DNA of 64,000 nucleotides. Source: an uncultured Gammaproteobacteria bacterium (GTDB taxonomy: Bacteria; Pseudomonadota; Gammaproteobacteria; DRLM01). Of the stretch, positions 21,121-33,226 are shown one piece after another. The notes beneath the pieces are model-generated. The model saw only the letters and a program-made list of their open reading frames with translations, had not been told where the DNA came from and did no database searches. The DNA lies in the NCBI GenBank assembly GCA_963729605.1, contig CAVSNY010000002.1, positions 32,001-96,000 of the forward strand, in the 5' to 3' direction. Positions within the stretch are counted from its first letter, which is position 1. Every line of letters begins with the position of its first letter. A program made the position numbers and the translations under genes.

Positions 21121-21244
21121 GATCGGCGTGTTCACCATGGCCAGCGAGTCCACCATCTCGATGACCGGTTTAATACGAGGAACCATGTCTCTCCGCCAAT
21201 CTCGATGGGACTTGGCATCATCGCGTTCGTGGAAAATTTCGTCC

Positions 21245-22048
21245 TCAACAGGACTTGACCGCCAATTTCGCGCGGAAGTCCTCGGTCGCGGCCCGCGCGG
21301 CGATGATCGCCGCCAGGTTTTGCACACAACCCTTGCCGAGCGGGATGTCGTAGGTGATGGTGGCGCCGTAGGCGTCCGGCGCCTGCAAGTCGCGGCGCAC
21401 CTTGTCGAAGGTCAACACCCGGGTGCCGAGTTCGAAGGCCTCTTTTATATCGTGGGTGACCATGAAGATCATCATCTGATTTTCCCGCCACAGATTCAAA
21501 ATCAGCTCGTGCATGTCGGCGCGGATGCCGGGGTCGAGGGCGCCGAAAGGTTCGTCGAGTAATAGAATCTTGGGTTCTTTCACCAGGGCCTGGGCGATGG
21601 AAAGGCGCTGCTGCATGCCGCCCGACAGCATGGCGGGATATTTGTGGCGCGCCTCGAACAGGCCGACCGCTTGCAGCGAGGCCTCCGCTTGGGCGATGGC
21701 GCGGCGCCGCGCGGCGCCGAACAAACGGCCGAGCAGCGGCGAGGCTTGCAGTTCCAGGCCGAGCAGCACATTGCCCAGCACGGTTAAATGCGGGAACACC
21801 GAATAACGCTGGAAGACGATGCCGCGATCGGGGCCCGGTTCCGCGGGCAGCGGTTTGCCGTTGAGCAGCAGTTCGCCGCGCGAGGGGGCTTCTTGCCCCA
21901 GCAATAAACGCAGAAAGGTGCTCTTGCCGCAACCGGAGGCGCCGACGATGGTGCAGAATTCCGGGCCGCTGACCTTGAGGTTGACCCGTTCGAGTATCGT
22001 CTGGCCTTGATATTCCTTCCAGAGATTTTTGATATGCAGCGTGTTCAT
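21245..22048 (-). CDS. ABC transporter ATP-binding subunit (guanidine/urea-carboxylase-associated type)
   Basis: GASGCGKS, LSGGMQQR, LLLDEPFGALDPG. Confidence 0.9.
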   Translation of the reverse strand: MNTLHIKNLWKEYQGQTILERVNLKVSGPEFCTIVGASGCGKSTFLRLLLGQEAPSRGELLLNGKPLPAEPGPDRGIVFQRYSVFPHLTVLGNVLLGLELQASPLLGRLFGAARRRAIAQAEASLQAVGLFEARHKYPAMLSGGMQQRLSIAQALVKEPKILLLDEPFGALDPGIRADMHELILNLWRENQMMIFMVTHDIKEAFELGTRVLTFDKVRRDLQAPDAYGATITYDIPLGKGCVQNLAAIIAARAATEDFRAKLAVKSC

Positions 22049-22050
22049 GC

Positions 22051-22863
22051 TCAGGTTTTCGGCGCCCACGGAAACAACCGGCGCGACAATACCCGCAGCA
22101 GATAATCCGACAAAAAGGCCAGCAGGGTGATCCACGCCACATAGGGCAGGATGGTGTCCATGGCCAGATACCGGCGCAACAAAAAGATCCGGTAACCGAG
22201 GCCGCTTTCGGCGGCGATGGCCTCGGCGGCGATCAGGAACAGCCAGGCCGAGCCCAGCGTTAAACGTACCGCGTTGAGCAAACGGGGCAGGATTTGCGGC
22301 AACACCACCCGCCAAATCACCTGCCAGGTGGAGGCGCCGAGCGTCTGCGCCTTGATGATTTGCTCGTGCGGTATATCGCCGACCCGCAGGTGCAGCTCAC
22401 GCATGATGCAGGGCGCCACGCCGAGCACGATCAGCATGATCTTCGATAATTCGCCCAAGCCGAAGATGATGAACAGGATCGGCAGGATGGCCAGCGGCGG
22501 GATCATCGACAACACCGCGATCAACGGCGACAGGCCGGCGTTGAAATAAGGAATCACGCCGGTGGCGATGCCGAACATCAGACCAAGCAGGGCGCTGATC
22601 GCCACCGCCAGCAGCAGGCGCTGCAAACTGGCGGCGGTGTCGGACCACAATTGAATTTCGCCGGTGCGGCGGTTGGGCTCAAACGCCGCTTGCACTATCG
22701 CTTCCTTGAGGCTGCCCAACGACGGCAGTAACTTGTCGTTGGGATTCTCCGCGAGACGCAGATCGGACGCGATGAGATACACGATGACGATGAGCAGGAA
22801 AGGCAGCGCGCTGAGGGACAGCGCGCTGAAACGTCCCGGTTGCTGATTGAGCAAACGCCGCAT
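22051..22863 (-). CDS. ABC transporter permease
   Basis: NPNDKLLPS, IPPLAILPILFI, KAQTLGAS, and GLGYRIFL..RYLAMD. Confidence 0.9.
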   Translation of the reverse strand: MRRLLNQQPGRFSALSLSALPFLLIVIVYLIASDLRLAENPNDKLLPSLGSLKEAIVQAAFEPNRRTGEIQLWSDTAASLQRLLLAVAISALLGLMFGIATGVIPYFNAGLSPLIAVLSMIPPLAILPILFIIFGLGELSKIMLIVLGVAPCIMRELHLRVGDIPHEQIIKAQTLGASTWQVIWRVVLPQILPRLLNAVRLTLGSAWLFLIAAEAIAAESGLGYRIFLLRRYLAMDTILPYVAWITLLAFLSDYLLRVLSRRLFPWAPKT

Positions 22864-22866
22864 GGT

Positions 22867-23946
22867 TTACAACTTGCCTTGCGCGGCCATGTCCATGTAA
22901 TCGGCGGTGAAGCGCAGCGTGGTGTTTTTGGTGTTGCCGAGCGTCTTGCCGCCGGGGAAACTCATGCCGACGTGATCGACACTGCGCGCGCCTTCGCCGA
23001 GGATGCCGTGCTCGAAGGAAAAGCGCCGCACTTGATCCATGGTCTTGATGAGCGCGGGGCTTTTAGCGAAGGTCACCGCGTCGGCCGGCGCGTAAAACAT
23101 CTTGGTGGTCGCCAATTGTTTTTCATAACCGGCGAGGTCGGTTCCCGACGCGACCCCCATGGCGGTGCGAGCCGCTTTGCCTTTGGCGTCGTTGCGCGAC
23201 ATGAGGGCCATGGTCTCGTACCACGCGCCGGCCAGCGCCTTGCCGAGCGCGGGGTTGGCGTTAAGCGTCTTGGTATTGACCACCAGCAGATCGATGATCT
23301 CGCCGGGAATATTGCTGGAGTCGAAGACTTTTACCGCGCCGGGCATGGCGGTCACTTCACTCAGTTGCGGATTCCAGGTCACCACCGCCTTGGTATCGGA
23401 CGCGGCGAACGCGGCGACGATGTCGGCATCCGAGGTGTTGATCACTTTGATGTCGCGTTCACTCAGCTTCACGCTTTCCAAGGCCCGCGCCAGCAGATAA
23501 TGCGAGACCGAGAGTTCCACTAGATTGACCGGCCGGCCTTTGATATCGGCCAGTCCCTTGGCCTTTTTCAAGACGATCCCGTCGTTGCCGTTGGAAAAAT
23601 CGCCGACGATGAGCGCGGTGGAATCGACGCCGCCCGCGGCGGGTATGGTCAGCATGTCCATATTGGTCATCACGCAGGCGTCGAAGGCGCCGGCGGTGTA
23701 TTGATTGATGGATTCGATATAGTCGTTGATCTGCACGACTTCGATCTCGATGCCGTATTTGTCCGCCCACTTTTTCACGATGCCCTGTTTCGCGGCGTAA
23801 TCCCACGGCATCCAGCCGACGTAAATCGACCAGGCGACGCGGTATTTATGCGCCGGAGCGGCTTGGGCGGTGGAACACACCACGGCCGCGCTCAAGGCGA
23901 GACTAAAAATAAAAAATTTGCTGAAGGTTTTGCTGAACGTTCGCAT
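22867..23946 (-). CDS. Guanidine ABC transporter substrate-binding protein ('putative urea ABC', urea-carboxylase-region family)
   Basis: Signal peptide; AWSIYVGWMPW, QINDYIESINQYTAG, MTNMD, GDFSNGNDG; lies downstream of a guanidine-I riboswitch. Confidence 0.85.
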   Translation of the reverse strand: MRTFSKTFSKFFIFSLALSAAVVCSTAQAAPAHKYRVAWSIYVGWMPWDYAAKQGIVKKWADKYGIEIEVVQINDYIESINQYTAGAFDACVMTNMDMLTIPAAGGVDSTALIVGDFSNGNDGIVLKKAKGLADIKGRPVNLVELSVSHYLLARALESVKLSERDIKVINTSDADIVAAFAASDTKAVVTWNPQLSEVTAMPGAVKVFDSSNIPGEIIDLLVVNTKTLNANPALGKALAGAWYETMALMSRNDAKGKAARTAMGVASGTDLAGYEKQLATTKMFYAPADAVTFAKSPALIKTMDQVRRFSFEHGILGEGARSVDHVGMSFPGGKTLGNTKNTTLRFTADYMDMAAQGKL

Positions 23947-24061
23947 GGCACACCTCTATTATGTTATCGCTAGGGTCGCAGAGTTTGTGTGCCGGGGCGG
24001 GCGCGGTGCACGGACCTGTACGAGGCGGCCCGGCGGCTGCATTGAACGCAACACCGCGGCA

Positions 24062-24166
24062 CTCCTCCCGGGCTTTTGTCCCGCCGTGTATCCGGCCCTG
24101 TCAGGAGGCGGACTGCATCCCTCGGACCAGCCGCCCCGCCTTCGCGGGGCCGGAACCCTAGATGCT
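24062..24166 (-). ncRNA. Guanidine-I (ykkC/yxkD) riboswitch
   Basis: CTAGGGTTCCG...CTGGTCCGAG...TACACGGCGGGACAAAAGCCCGGGAG on the minus strand. Confidence 0.93.
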
Positions 24167-24177
24167 GGTTTGCACGG

Positions 24178-24194
24178 TGCAAGCGGTGTGCCGG
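24178..24194 (-). promoter_or_regulatory. Sigma54 (-24/-12) promoter
   Basis: CCGGCACACCGCTTGCA; the predicted +1 falls at the riboswitch 5' end. Confidence 0.65.
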
Positions 24195-24357
24195 TTCCAG
24201 CGCAATGCGGTCCGCGCAAAAACGGGGCGGGTGCCAAAAGGTGAAAAAGCGATCAGCCTATCGCGACTTGCGCGCAACGGGGTGGGCGCGGCGCTCGCGA
24301 TCATACGAAGCGGCGCGCCGTCTTGGCCCGCGGTCGCGGTGCGTGTTAGTGGTTTTA

Positions 24358-24405
24358 TGCGACAATATGGGGCGTTCACATCGTCTCATGATCCTTAATG
24401 GGGCA
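24358..24405. promoter_or_regulatory. Tandem NtrC-like boxes shared by the divergent promoters
   Basis: TGCGACAATATGGGGCG and TGATCCTTAATGGGGCA, 31 bp apart; degenerate matches to TGCACCA-N3-TGGTGCA. Confidence 0.4.
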
Positions 24406-24546
24406 ATTTTACAACCGTTCATTCGGAAGCCATTCCGGACGCGGCTGTTGGACGCGAGTGTCCGCGCCGCGCAAATCGTTTTGCGCATAACGTGTTTCAA
24501 CAAGCGGCTTTCGTGGACGGTGATAGTGCGGCCGGTTTCACTTGCA

Positions 24547-24563
24547 CTGGCATATCGCTTGCT
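24547..24563 (+). promoter_or_regulatory. Sigma54 promoter
   Basis: CTGGCATATCGCTTGCT. Confidence 0.7.
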
Positions 24564-24619
24564 CTATGTTTGGCGAGTCCGAGGGTCGCGGCCGTGTTGA
24601 AGCGGCGGCGCCTCGTTAT

Positions 24620-24712
24620 GACAACTAGGGTTCCGGTTCGGTGACGAATGCTGGTCCGAGGGTTGTCGGCCTCTATGGAGAGGTTACACGGCGGGATAAA
24701 AGCCCGGGAGAT
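24620..24712 (+). ncRNA. Guanidine-I (ykkC/yxkD) riboswitch
   Basis: GACAACTAGGGTTCCG...CTGGTCCGAGGGTTGTC...TACACGGCGGGATAAAAGCCCGGGAG. Confidence 0.93.
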
Positions 24713-24768
24713 TCGTCGGTCTCTCACGACTCTTATTCACGCGTTTAACCGAACGATGGAGGATCATC

Positions 24769-25959
24769 ATGTTTATCCAATCCCGTAAACACAGCGCTTT
24801 TAATGCCGGCGGCGCAAAACGCCGCCACCATCCCAGCTTCGATAAGACCCAGCTGCAAGGCTGGAAGATGATGCACAAGGAGGCCGAACTGCCGCACGCC
24901 GGCTGGGACGCCGAAGAAAAACGCTGCCTCGAACTCGGCCTGCAAGGCGCCGACAGTATTCAAGACAAATCCATCCCGACCTTCGCGCGCGGCGAGCTGC
25001 CGCATTTCGCCGGCATCAATACCTTCATGAAGGCGCCGTATATCGAAGACGTGAAGGATGTGGGCAAGTTCGACGTGGCGGTGATGGGCGTGCCCTTCGA
25101 CGGCGGCACGACGTATCGTCCCGGCACGCGCTTCGGACCCCAGGGCATACGCCGCATCTCGGCCCTGTACACGCCGTACAATTATGAAATCGGCGTGGAT
25201 CTCCGCGAGCAGATGTCGATGTGCGACATCGGCGACGTGTTCACCATCCCCGCCAATATCGAAAAGACCTTCGACCAAATATCGAAGGCGACCGCGCACG
25301 TCTTCGCCAGCGGCGCCATGCCGATCATTTTGGGCGGTGACCATTCGATCGGCTTCCCGACGGTGCGCGGCATCGCGAGCCAGACCGACAAGAAGATCGG
25401 CATCATTCATTTCGACCGGCACGCGGACATCCAAGAGAAAGACCTCGACGAGCGCATGCACACCACGCCGTGGTTCCATGCGACCAATCTGCCCAACGTG
25501 CCGGCGACCAATCTGGTGCAGATCGGCATCGGCGGCTGGCAGGTGCCGCGTCAGGCCGTCAAAGAGGCGCGCAAGCGCGACACCACCATCATCACGATGA
25601 ACGACGTCGAGAAGCTCGGCCTCGACAAGGTCGCCGAGATCGCGCTCGAGATGGCGTGGAAGGATTGCGACGCGGTGTATCTGAGTTTCGACATCGACTG
25701 CGTCGACGCCGGCTTCGTGCCCGGCACCGGCTGGCCCGAGCCGGGCGGATTTTTGCCGCGCGAAATTTTATATCTGCTCGGCCTGGTGGCGAAGGAAGGC
25801 ATCTGCGGCATGGAGGTCGTCGAGGTCTCGCCGCCCTACGACATCTCCGACATCACCTCGCTGATGGCGATGCGCGCCATTGTCGACGTGCTCGGCACGG
25901 TGGTGGCCCACGGCAAGATGGGTTCGCACCGCCACATCATCCGCGGCTGGGGCGCCTGA
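24769..25959 (+). CDS. gdmH: Guanidine hydrolase (guanidinase; arginase/ureohydrolase family)
   Basis: GGDHS, HFDRHADIQEKDLDERMHTTPWFHAT, SFDIDC, PGTGWPEPGG and a long N-terminal extension, as in Sll1077-type enzymes; directly under a guanidine-I riboswitch. Confidence 0.85.
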   Translation: MFIQSRKHSAFNAGGAKRRHHPSFDKTQLQGWKMMHKEAELPHAGWDAEEKRCLELGLQGADSIQDKSIPTFARGELPHFAGINTFMKAPYIEDVKDVGKFDVAVMGVPFDGGTTYRPGTRFGPQGIRRISALYTPYNYEIGVDLREQMSMCDIGDVFTIPANIEKTFDQISKATAHVFASGAMPIILGGDHSIGFPTVRGIASQTDKKIGIIHFDRHADIQEKDLDERMHTTPWFHATNLPNVPATNLVQIGIGGWQVPRQAVKEARKRDTTIITMNDVEKLGLDKVAEIALEMAWKDCDAVYLSFDIDCVDAGFVPGTGWPEPGGFLPREILYLLGLVAKEGICGMEVVEVSPPYDISDITSLMAMRAIVDVLGTVVAHGKMGSHRHIIRGWGA

Positions 25960-25965
25960 ACCGGA

Positions 25966-25997
25966 GGGCGGCGGCCGGCTTTCGGGCGCCGCCCTTT
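25966..25997 (+). terminator. Hairpin, putative terminator
   Basis: GGGCGGCG...CGCCGCCC followed by TTT. Confidence 0.45.
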
Positions 25998-26415
25998 CCG
26001 TCTCTCCTTTCGCGGGCGGCCACGGTCGCGGGCGGGGCCGTATCATTCGGAGCCGCCGGTACCCTTCGGTATCATCCCGGCTGCGTCCCGCCGCTATCGT
26101 GACCTGTCTTTGATTTTAATAGGCTTTTGCAACAAACCGACTTCCCCTCTCATTCCTCCCGGACGACGGGCCTGGCCGGCCAAGCGCCTCCGTTCGGCGG
26201 CAAGGTCAACTTCGTCACGGTAACGTCCGTTACATTAAGGCGACGATATTCGCTGTTTACCGTAGATTTTGCCATCGGCGATCGCCGGCCCCGCCGCGAA
26301 TTTTTTGTTGAGCACCACAGGCAAAAAACCCAATATAACGGAGATAGGTTTAAAGGAATGCCGCCTATTCAGGGTGCCAGGTTGCTGGGCCGCGTGTTTT
26401 CGTGAAGGAGAAGGT

Positions 26416-29214
26416 TTGGACATCATTTTTCAGTTTTACGGGTTGTGGTTTTTATTGCCCGGTTTGCTGATTCTTGTTTGGCCCAAACACGAGAGCGAAT
26501 ACGGCCTTGCGAAGATTTTTTGGCTGCTCGGCGCCTTCGGCGTCACCCAGGGATTGATTGAATGGATGCAGGCGTGGCGTCAGGCGCAGGTCACCGCGCC
26601 CCTGTTGGATATCATCGAACCGTGGTTATTGTTGGCGTCCTGCCTCTTCCTGTTTGAGTTCGGCCGGCGTCTGCTGCGTTCTTGCCTGACCGCGGAGTCG
26701 CTGGCCGGGCTGCCGGGCCGGATTTTTTCTCCCTGGGTCTACGTGTTCTTATTGGGCGGCATCGCTTACGCCGGCCAGGCCGCGGACCGGAATCCCCACG
26801 AAACCTTATTGTGGGCGTACCGGCTTGCCGGATGGATCGGCGCGGTGTTGACCGGCAGCGGCTTCTTTTTGTATTGGCATCGCCGCCTAAAATTACCGGC
26901 CGACGATCCGGACTATCACCGCGTCAAAGCGGCCTTCCACATGCTCGCCGCCGCCTTTGTCGGCTATGGTGTGTGGGGCGGGCTCGCCGGAAGCGCCGGG
27001 TCAAGCCTCGCCGCCGCCGAGTTGGCCGGGCCGGCATTGTTCGAGGTGCTGCCCTTGTCGGCGCAGATCGCCATGGCTCTGGTCGCGGTTCTGTCCGCGG
27101 TGTCCATCGTTTATATCCTGCGGCTCTTCGACCATGAATCCCGCAAGCGCTTCCAGGTGCTGCGCGCCAGTTCGGAGCAACACGAGAAATCCCTGAGCCA
27201 CACCAGCCGCCATTATGAAGTCTTGCTCCACACCGCCAGCGACGGCATCCATGTGCTGAATCTCGACGGCGATATCGTCGAGGTCAACGAGGCCTTTTGC
27301 CGCATGCTCGGCTACACCCGCGAGCAAATGCTGGGCATGAACGTCGTCGATTGGGATACCCATTTTTCCCCAGCCGAACTCAAGGTGCGGATTCCGATGC
27401 TGATCGACAAACGCACGGTGTTCGAAACCAGCAACCGCCGCAGCGACGGCCGGATCATCGACGTCGAGATCAGCACGGTCGGCGTCACCATCGACGGCCA
27501 GACCTTGCTGTATTGTTCGTCGCGCGACATCACCGACCGCAAACATGTCGAAGAGCAGCTGCGATTGGTGGCGCGGGTGTTCGACCGCGCCGCGGAAGGG
27601 GTAATGATCACCGATGAAAACCAAACGATATTGACGGTGAACGACGCCTTCACCACGGTGACCGGTTATACGCGCGAAGAAGTGATAGGCCAGACCCCGG
27701 CCATCCTCCAGTCCGGTAAACAGGCGCCGGACTTTTACAAAAACATGTGGACGGACCTGCGGGCCAACGGCTGGTGGCAGGGTGAAATCTGGAACCGCCG
27801 CAAAAACGGCGAGCTGTATCTGGAGTGGCTGTCGATCAATTCCGTGGTCGATGAGGCGGGTCAGGTCATCAATTACATCGGCATGTTCAGCGACATCACC
27901 CTCATCAAGGAATCGCGGCAGCGCATGGAGTTTCTCGCCACCCACGACGAGTTGACCGATCTGCCCAATCGCACCCTCTTCAAAGATCATCTGCGCCTCG
28001 CCTTGGCGCGCGCGGCGCGCGCCGGCGGCCGCCTGGCGCTGTTGTTCGTCGATCTGGATAATTTCAAGATGATCAACGACACCCTCGGCCATCAAGAGGG
28101 CGATGCCTTGCTCAAACAGGTGGCGGTCCGTCTCAAGGGATGTATCCGCGAGGTGGACACGGTGGCCCGTTTGGGCGGCGACGAGTTCGTGGTCTTGCTG
28201 GAGATCGAACACCGCAACGACGCCGCCATCATGGCCAAACGGATACTCGAGGCCTTCTCCGCCAGTTTTATCCTGCAAGAGCAGGAATGCTACATCTCGC
28301 CCAGCATCGGCATCAGCCTGTTTCCCGAGGACGGACCCGATCCGCTGGTGCTGATGCGCCACGCCGATACCGCGATGTACCGCGCCAAGGAGCGCGGCAA
28401 GAATACCTTCATGTTCTTCACCGCCGACATGGCCGAACAGATCAGCCGCCGCATGACCATCGAAAACGCCCTGCGGCAGGGTTTGGCCAACCAGGAATTT
28501 TTTCTGGAATATCAGCCCCAGATCCGTTTGCGGGACAACGGCATGGCCGGCGTCGAGGCGCTGTTGCGCTGGCGTCATCACGGTGAGGTCCGATTGCCGC
28601 GGGAGTTTATCCAGATCGCCGAAGAGTCCGGACTGATCGTCGATATCGACGAATGGGTGCTCGACGAGGTGTGCCGGCAAATGCGGGTGTGGGACGAGTC
28701 GGGGCTGCCGCCGTTCTGGGTCAGCATCAATCTCTCGGCGCGCCACTTTCGCCGGCCGGATATCGTGGTCCGCCTCACCGGCATCGTCGCGGCCAGCCGC
28801 GTCTCGCCCGAACGCCTGTGCCTGGAAATCACCGAAGGCGTGTTGATGGACGTGGACAGTGCCAGCCACATGCTCAACAAACTCAACGAGGCGGGTTTTC
28901 GCATCAGCGTCGATGATTTCGGCACCGGCTTCTCCTCGCTGTCCTATCTCAAACGCCTGCCCATCCACGAGGTGAAGGTCGATCGCGGCTTCGTGGACGG
29001 CATCGCCAGCGACCCGGACGACCGCGCCATCACCACCGCCATCATCGCCATGGCCCGCGGCCTGGGCCTGCGCACCGTCGCCGAAGGCGTCGAAACCGAG
29101 GTGCAGGAGGCCGAACTGAAAAAGCTGCGCTGCGATATCGGTCAGGGTTATCTTTATTCCAGACCCTTGTCGGCGGCGATGTTGAAGGAATGGGTGCTGG
29201 AGCGCAGAAAATAA
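26416..29214 (+). CDS. Membrane-anchored PAS-PAS-GGDEF-EAL protein
   Basis: Multi-TM N-terminus, two PAS/PAC domains, intact GGDEF, VEALLRW and DDFGTGFSSL. TTG start after GGAG is inferred. Confidence 0.88.
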   Translation: MDIIFQFYGLWFLLPGLLILVWPKHESEYGLAKIFWLLGAFGVTQGLIEWMQAWRQAQVTAPLLDIIEPWLLLASCLFLFEFGRRLLRSCLTAESLAGLPGRIFSPWVYVFLLGGIAYAGQAADRNPHETLLWAYRLAGWIGAVLTGSGFFLYWHRRLKLPADDPDYHRVKAAFHMLAAAFVGYGVWGGLAGSAGSSLAAAELAGPALFEVLPLSAQIAMALVAVLSAVSIVYILRLFDHESRKRFQVLRASSEQHEKSLSHTSRHYEVLLHTASDGIHVLNLDGDIVEVNEAFCRMLGYTREQMLGMNVVDWDTHFSPAELKVRIPMLIDKRTVFETSNRRSDGRIIDVEISTVGVTIDGQTLLYCSSRDITDRKHVEEQLRLVARVFDRAAEGVMITDENQTILTVNDAFTTVTGYTREEVIGQTPAILQSGKQAPDFYKNMWTDLRANGWWQGEIWNRRKNGELYLEWLSINSVVDEAGQVINYIGMFSDITLIKESRQRMEFLATHDELTDLPNRTLFKDHLRLALARAARAGGRLALLFVDLDNFKMINDTLGHQEGDALLKQVAVRLKGCIREVDTVARLGGDEFVVLLEIEHRNDAAIMAKRILEAFSASFILQEQECYISPSIGISLFPEDGPDPLVLMRHADTAMYRAKERGKNTFMFFTADMAEQISRRMTIENALRQGLANQEFFLEYQPQIRLRDNGMAGVEALLRWRHHGEVRLPREFIQIAEESGLIVDIDEWVLDEVCRQMRVWDESGLPPFWVSINLSARHFRRPDIVVRLTGIVAASRVSPERLCLEITEGVLMDVDSASHMLNKLNEAGFRISVDDFGTGFSSLSYLKRLPIHEVKVDRGFVDGIASDPDDRAITTAIIAMARGLGLRTVAEGVETEVQEAELKKLRCDIGQGYLYSRPLSAAMLKEWVLERRK

Positions 29215-29336
29215 TCGGGTCAGCCGCAGATGCGTGCGCCGGCTTTAAAAAACTTGCCGCTGCCACGGCGCCGCTGGCCCGCATCTTATAAACTCTCTCC
29301 GCATATCCATCGCCGCCCGACCTAAATGGCGATCAC

Positions 29337-29517
29337 CGCACCGTCGAAGTGCGGCCATTTTGCATACGCGCAATAATGAGGCGTAAGCTACGGTTCGTTT
29401 CGGATCGGGACGGCATGGAGATCGCGGGACACGGTGGAAAAAACCAGCGGGCATAAGTCGATTCCACGTGAGGGTGAGACGTTGGCGCGAGCGGATTTCA
29501 TTGGCATACGCCTTGCT
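29337..29517 (+). promoter_or_regulatory. NtrC-like boxes plus sigma54 promoter for the urease operon
   Basis: CGCAC-N7-GTGCG at 29337, a second box at 29367, and TTGGCATACGCCTTGCT at 29501. Confidence 0.65.
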
Positions 29518-29694
29518 CGACACTTTTGAAAATCGGGGATGAAATGAATCTGAAAAAAGCGGTTGACCGCGGGCTTCACGGCGATCACGAAGGAGAATCA
29601 GCGTCTGCGCGTCCCGGTCGAAGCCGGCCGGCCAGTGAGTTCGTTCCGCACCCGCTCATGCTCCGCGTCTTTTGTGACCCCCGCGGTTGTTAAG

Positions 29695-30540
29695 ATGATG
29701 CAGCCGCAAATACACGGGCGGAGCGGCGATGCCTGGCGCGCGCGCCTGGACTTGAATTTCGAGGCGCGCGGCGGCCGTACCTTGCTGGCGGCGCGCGCCC
29801 ATCACGGACCGCTGCGGGTGCAGCGGCCGTTTTATCCCGAAGGCGAACGGGTCTGTCACGTTTATATATTGCATCCGCCCGGCGGCATGGTGGGCGGCGA
29901 CGAAGTGGCGATCGACGTCGCGGTGGGCGCGGGCGCCTCGGTCTTGCTCACCACCCCCGCGGCGGGTAAGTTTTATCGCAGCAGCGGCGCCGTGGTGCGG
30001 CAAAGCCACCATCTTCGCGTGGCGCAAGGGGCGATGCTGGAATGGTTGCCGCAGGAGGGCATCGTCTTCGACGGCGCTCATGCCGAGTTGTCCACGCGGG
30101 TGGAGCTGGCCGAGGGCGCGGGCTTCATCGGTTGGGAGATCCTGTGTCTAGGCCGGCCCGGCGCCGGCGAACGGTTTACCCATGGCGCGCTGCGGCAGCG
30201 CGTCGAGCTGTGGCGGGAAGGTGTGCCTTTATATATCGAGCGCGCCCGCTATGAGGAGGGTGCGGCCGCGCTCACCGCGCCGTGGGGTTTGGCGGGTTGC
30301 GCGGTGAGCGGCAGTTTATGGTGCGTCTGCGACGGCGAAGAGTTGCTGGCGCGGGTGCGCGAGGCCGTGGCGCCGGCGGCGGGGCTGTTCAGCGCGACCC
30401 GGCTGGACGGTGTGCTGCTGTGCCGCTACCTTGGCGACCACGCCGACGAAGCGCGCTGCTGTTTCGAGACCGTTTGGCAGGTATTGCGGCCGGCGCTGCT
30501 GCAACGTTCGGCCTGCGCGCCGCGGATTTGGGCGACGTGA
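29695..30540 (+). CDS. ureD: Urease accessory protein UreD
   Basis: GPLRVQRPFYPEG, LHPPGGMVGGD, LEWLPQE, PRIWAT. Confidence 0.92.
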   Translation: MMQPQIHGRSGDAWRARLDLNFEARGGRTLLAARAHHGPLRVQRPFYPEGERVCHVYILHPPGGMVGGDEVAIDVAVGAGASVLLTTPAAGKFYRSSGAVVRQSHHLRVAQGAMLEWLPQEGIVFDGAHAELSTRVELAEGAGFIGWEILCLGRPGAGERFTHGALRQRVELWREGVPLYIERARYEEGAAALTAPWGLAGCAVSGSLWCVCDGEELLARVREAVAPAAGLFSATRLDGVLLCRYLGDHADEARCCFETVWQVLRPALLQRSACAPRIWAT

Positions 30541-30740
30541 TCGCTGATCGTCGCGGTGGAGAAAGCGAGCATGGCCTGCTTTAATCAAGGGCGATGACAG
30601 AAGGAAGCTCTGAATGATTCCATGCTGGAATTTCTCGGAATACGGGCCTTGGAGCCGGGTGGGAACCGCTGAATCATTGCGGGTTCCTGAGGTGGATTTT
30701 ATTTGGCGTCTTGACGGCGCATAGATTTTAAGGAGCAGGC

Positions 30741-31043
30741 ATGGAGCTGACCCCGCGGGAAAAAGACAAGCTGCTGTTGTTCACCGCCGCGCTGCTCGCC
30801 GAACGGCGCAAGGCGCGCGGTTTGAAATTGAATTATCCCGAGGCGGTGGCCTATATCTCCGCCGCGATTTTGGAAGGCGCCCGCGACGGCAAGACCGTGG
30901 CGGAGATGATGAGTTACGGCGCGACCTTGCTCAGCCGCGACGAGGTGATGGAGGGTGTGGCGGAGATGATCGCCGAGGTGCAGGTGGAGGCGACCTTCCC
31001 CGACGGCACCAAGCTGGTGACGGTGCACAATCCCATAGTGTGA
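30741..31043 (+). CDS. ureA: Urease gamma subunit
   Basis: [12 protein letters not shown]...[17 protein letters not shown]. Confidence 0.97.
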   Translation: MELTPREKDKLLLFTAALLAERRKARGLKLNYPEAVAYISAAILEGARDGKTVAEMMSYGATLLSRDEVMEGVAEMIAEVQVEATFPDGTKLVTVHNPIV

Positions 31044-31182
31044 AAAACCCGACGCGGAGGCGCAAAGATCGAAACCGTGAAAAAGACGGCTGAAGCGACG
31101 GGCGGAGTCGGAGCGCGCAGCCGGACGGAGCAGAAAAAGACGTTCTGCACTTTTGCGTCGAATGTTAACGGAGGAGAACCGC

Positions 31183-31496
31183 ATGATCCCAGGCGAAATG
31201 GAGACGATGGACGGCGAGATCGAATTGAACGCGGGCCGCGCTATGGTGCGCGTCGTCGTCACCAACAGCGGCGACCGGCCCATACAAGTCGGTTCGCATT
31301 ACCACTTTTTCGAAACCAACCGCGCCTTGCAGTTCGAACGTGAGCGGGCCTGGGGCAAGCGCCTCAACATCGCCGCCGGTACCGCGGTGCGTTTCGAGCC
31401 GGGCCAGCGCCGCGAGGTGGAGCTGGTGGACTACGCGGGCGAACGCCGCGTCTATGGATTTCAGGCCAAGGTGATGGGCGCGCTGGAGAAACAGGC

Positions 31497-31500
<4 letters not shown>
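31183..31500 (+). CDS. ureB: Urease beta subunit
   Basis: [29 protein letters not shown]. Confidence 0.96.
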
Positions 31501-33200
<1,700 letters not shown>

Positions 33201-33226
33201 CGATGGAATCGAAGCGAGAGGCTGAC

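Noticed and set aside
21120-21244. Possible remnant of a cgdA/DUF1989 gene after the ABC ATPase
   Set aside because: Only a vague short resemblance (EIGGETWFLVLNR); not supportable without a search.
24769-25959. Agmatinase speB completing the speA/speE pathway
   Set aside because: The guanidine riboswitch, DRHAD/ERMHTTPW and GTGWPEPGG motifs and the N-terminal extension fit GdmH; speA/speE are ~26 kb away.
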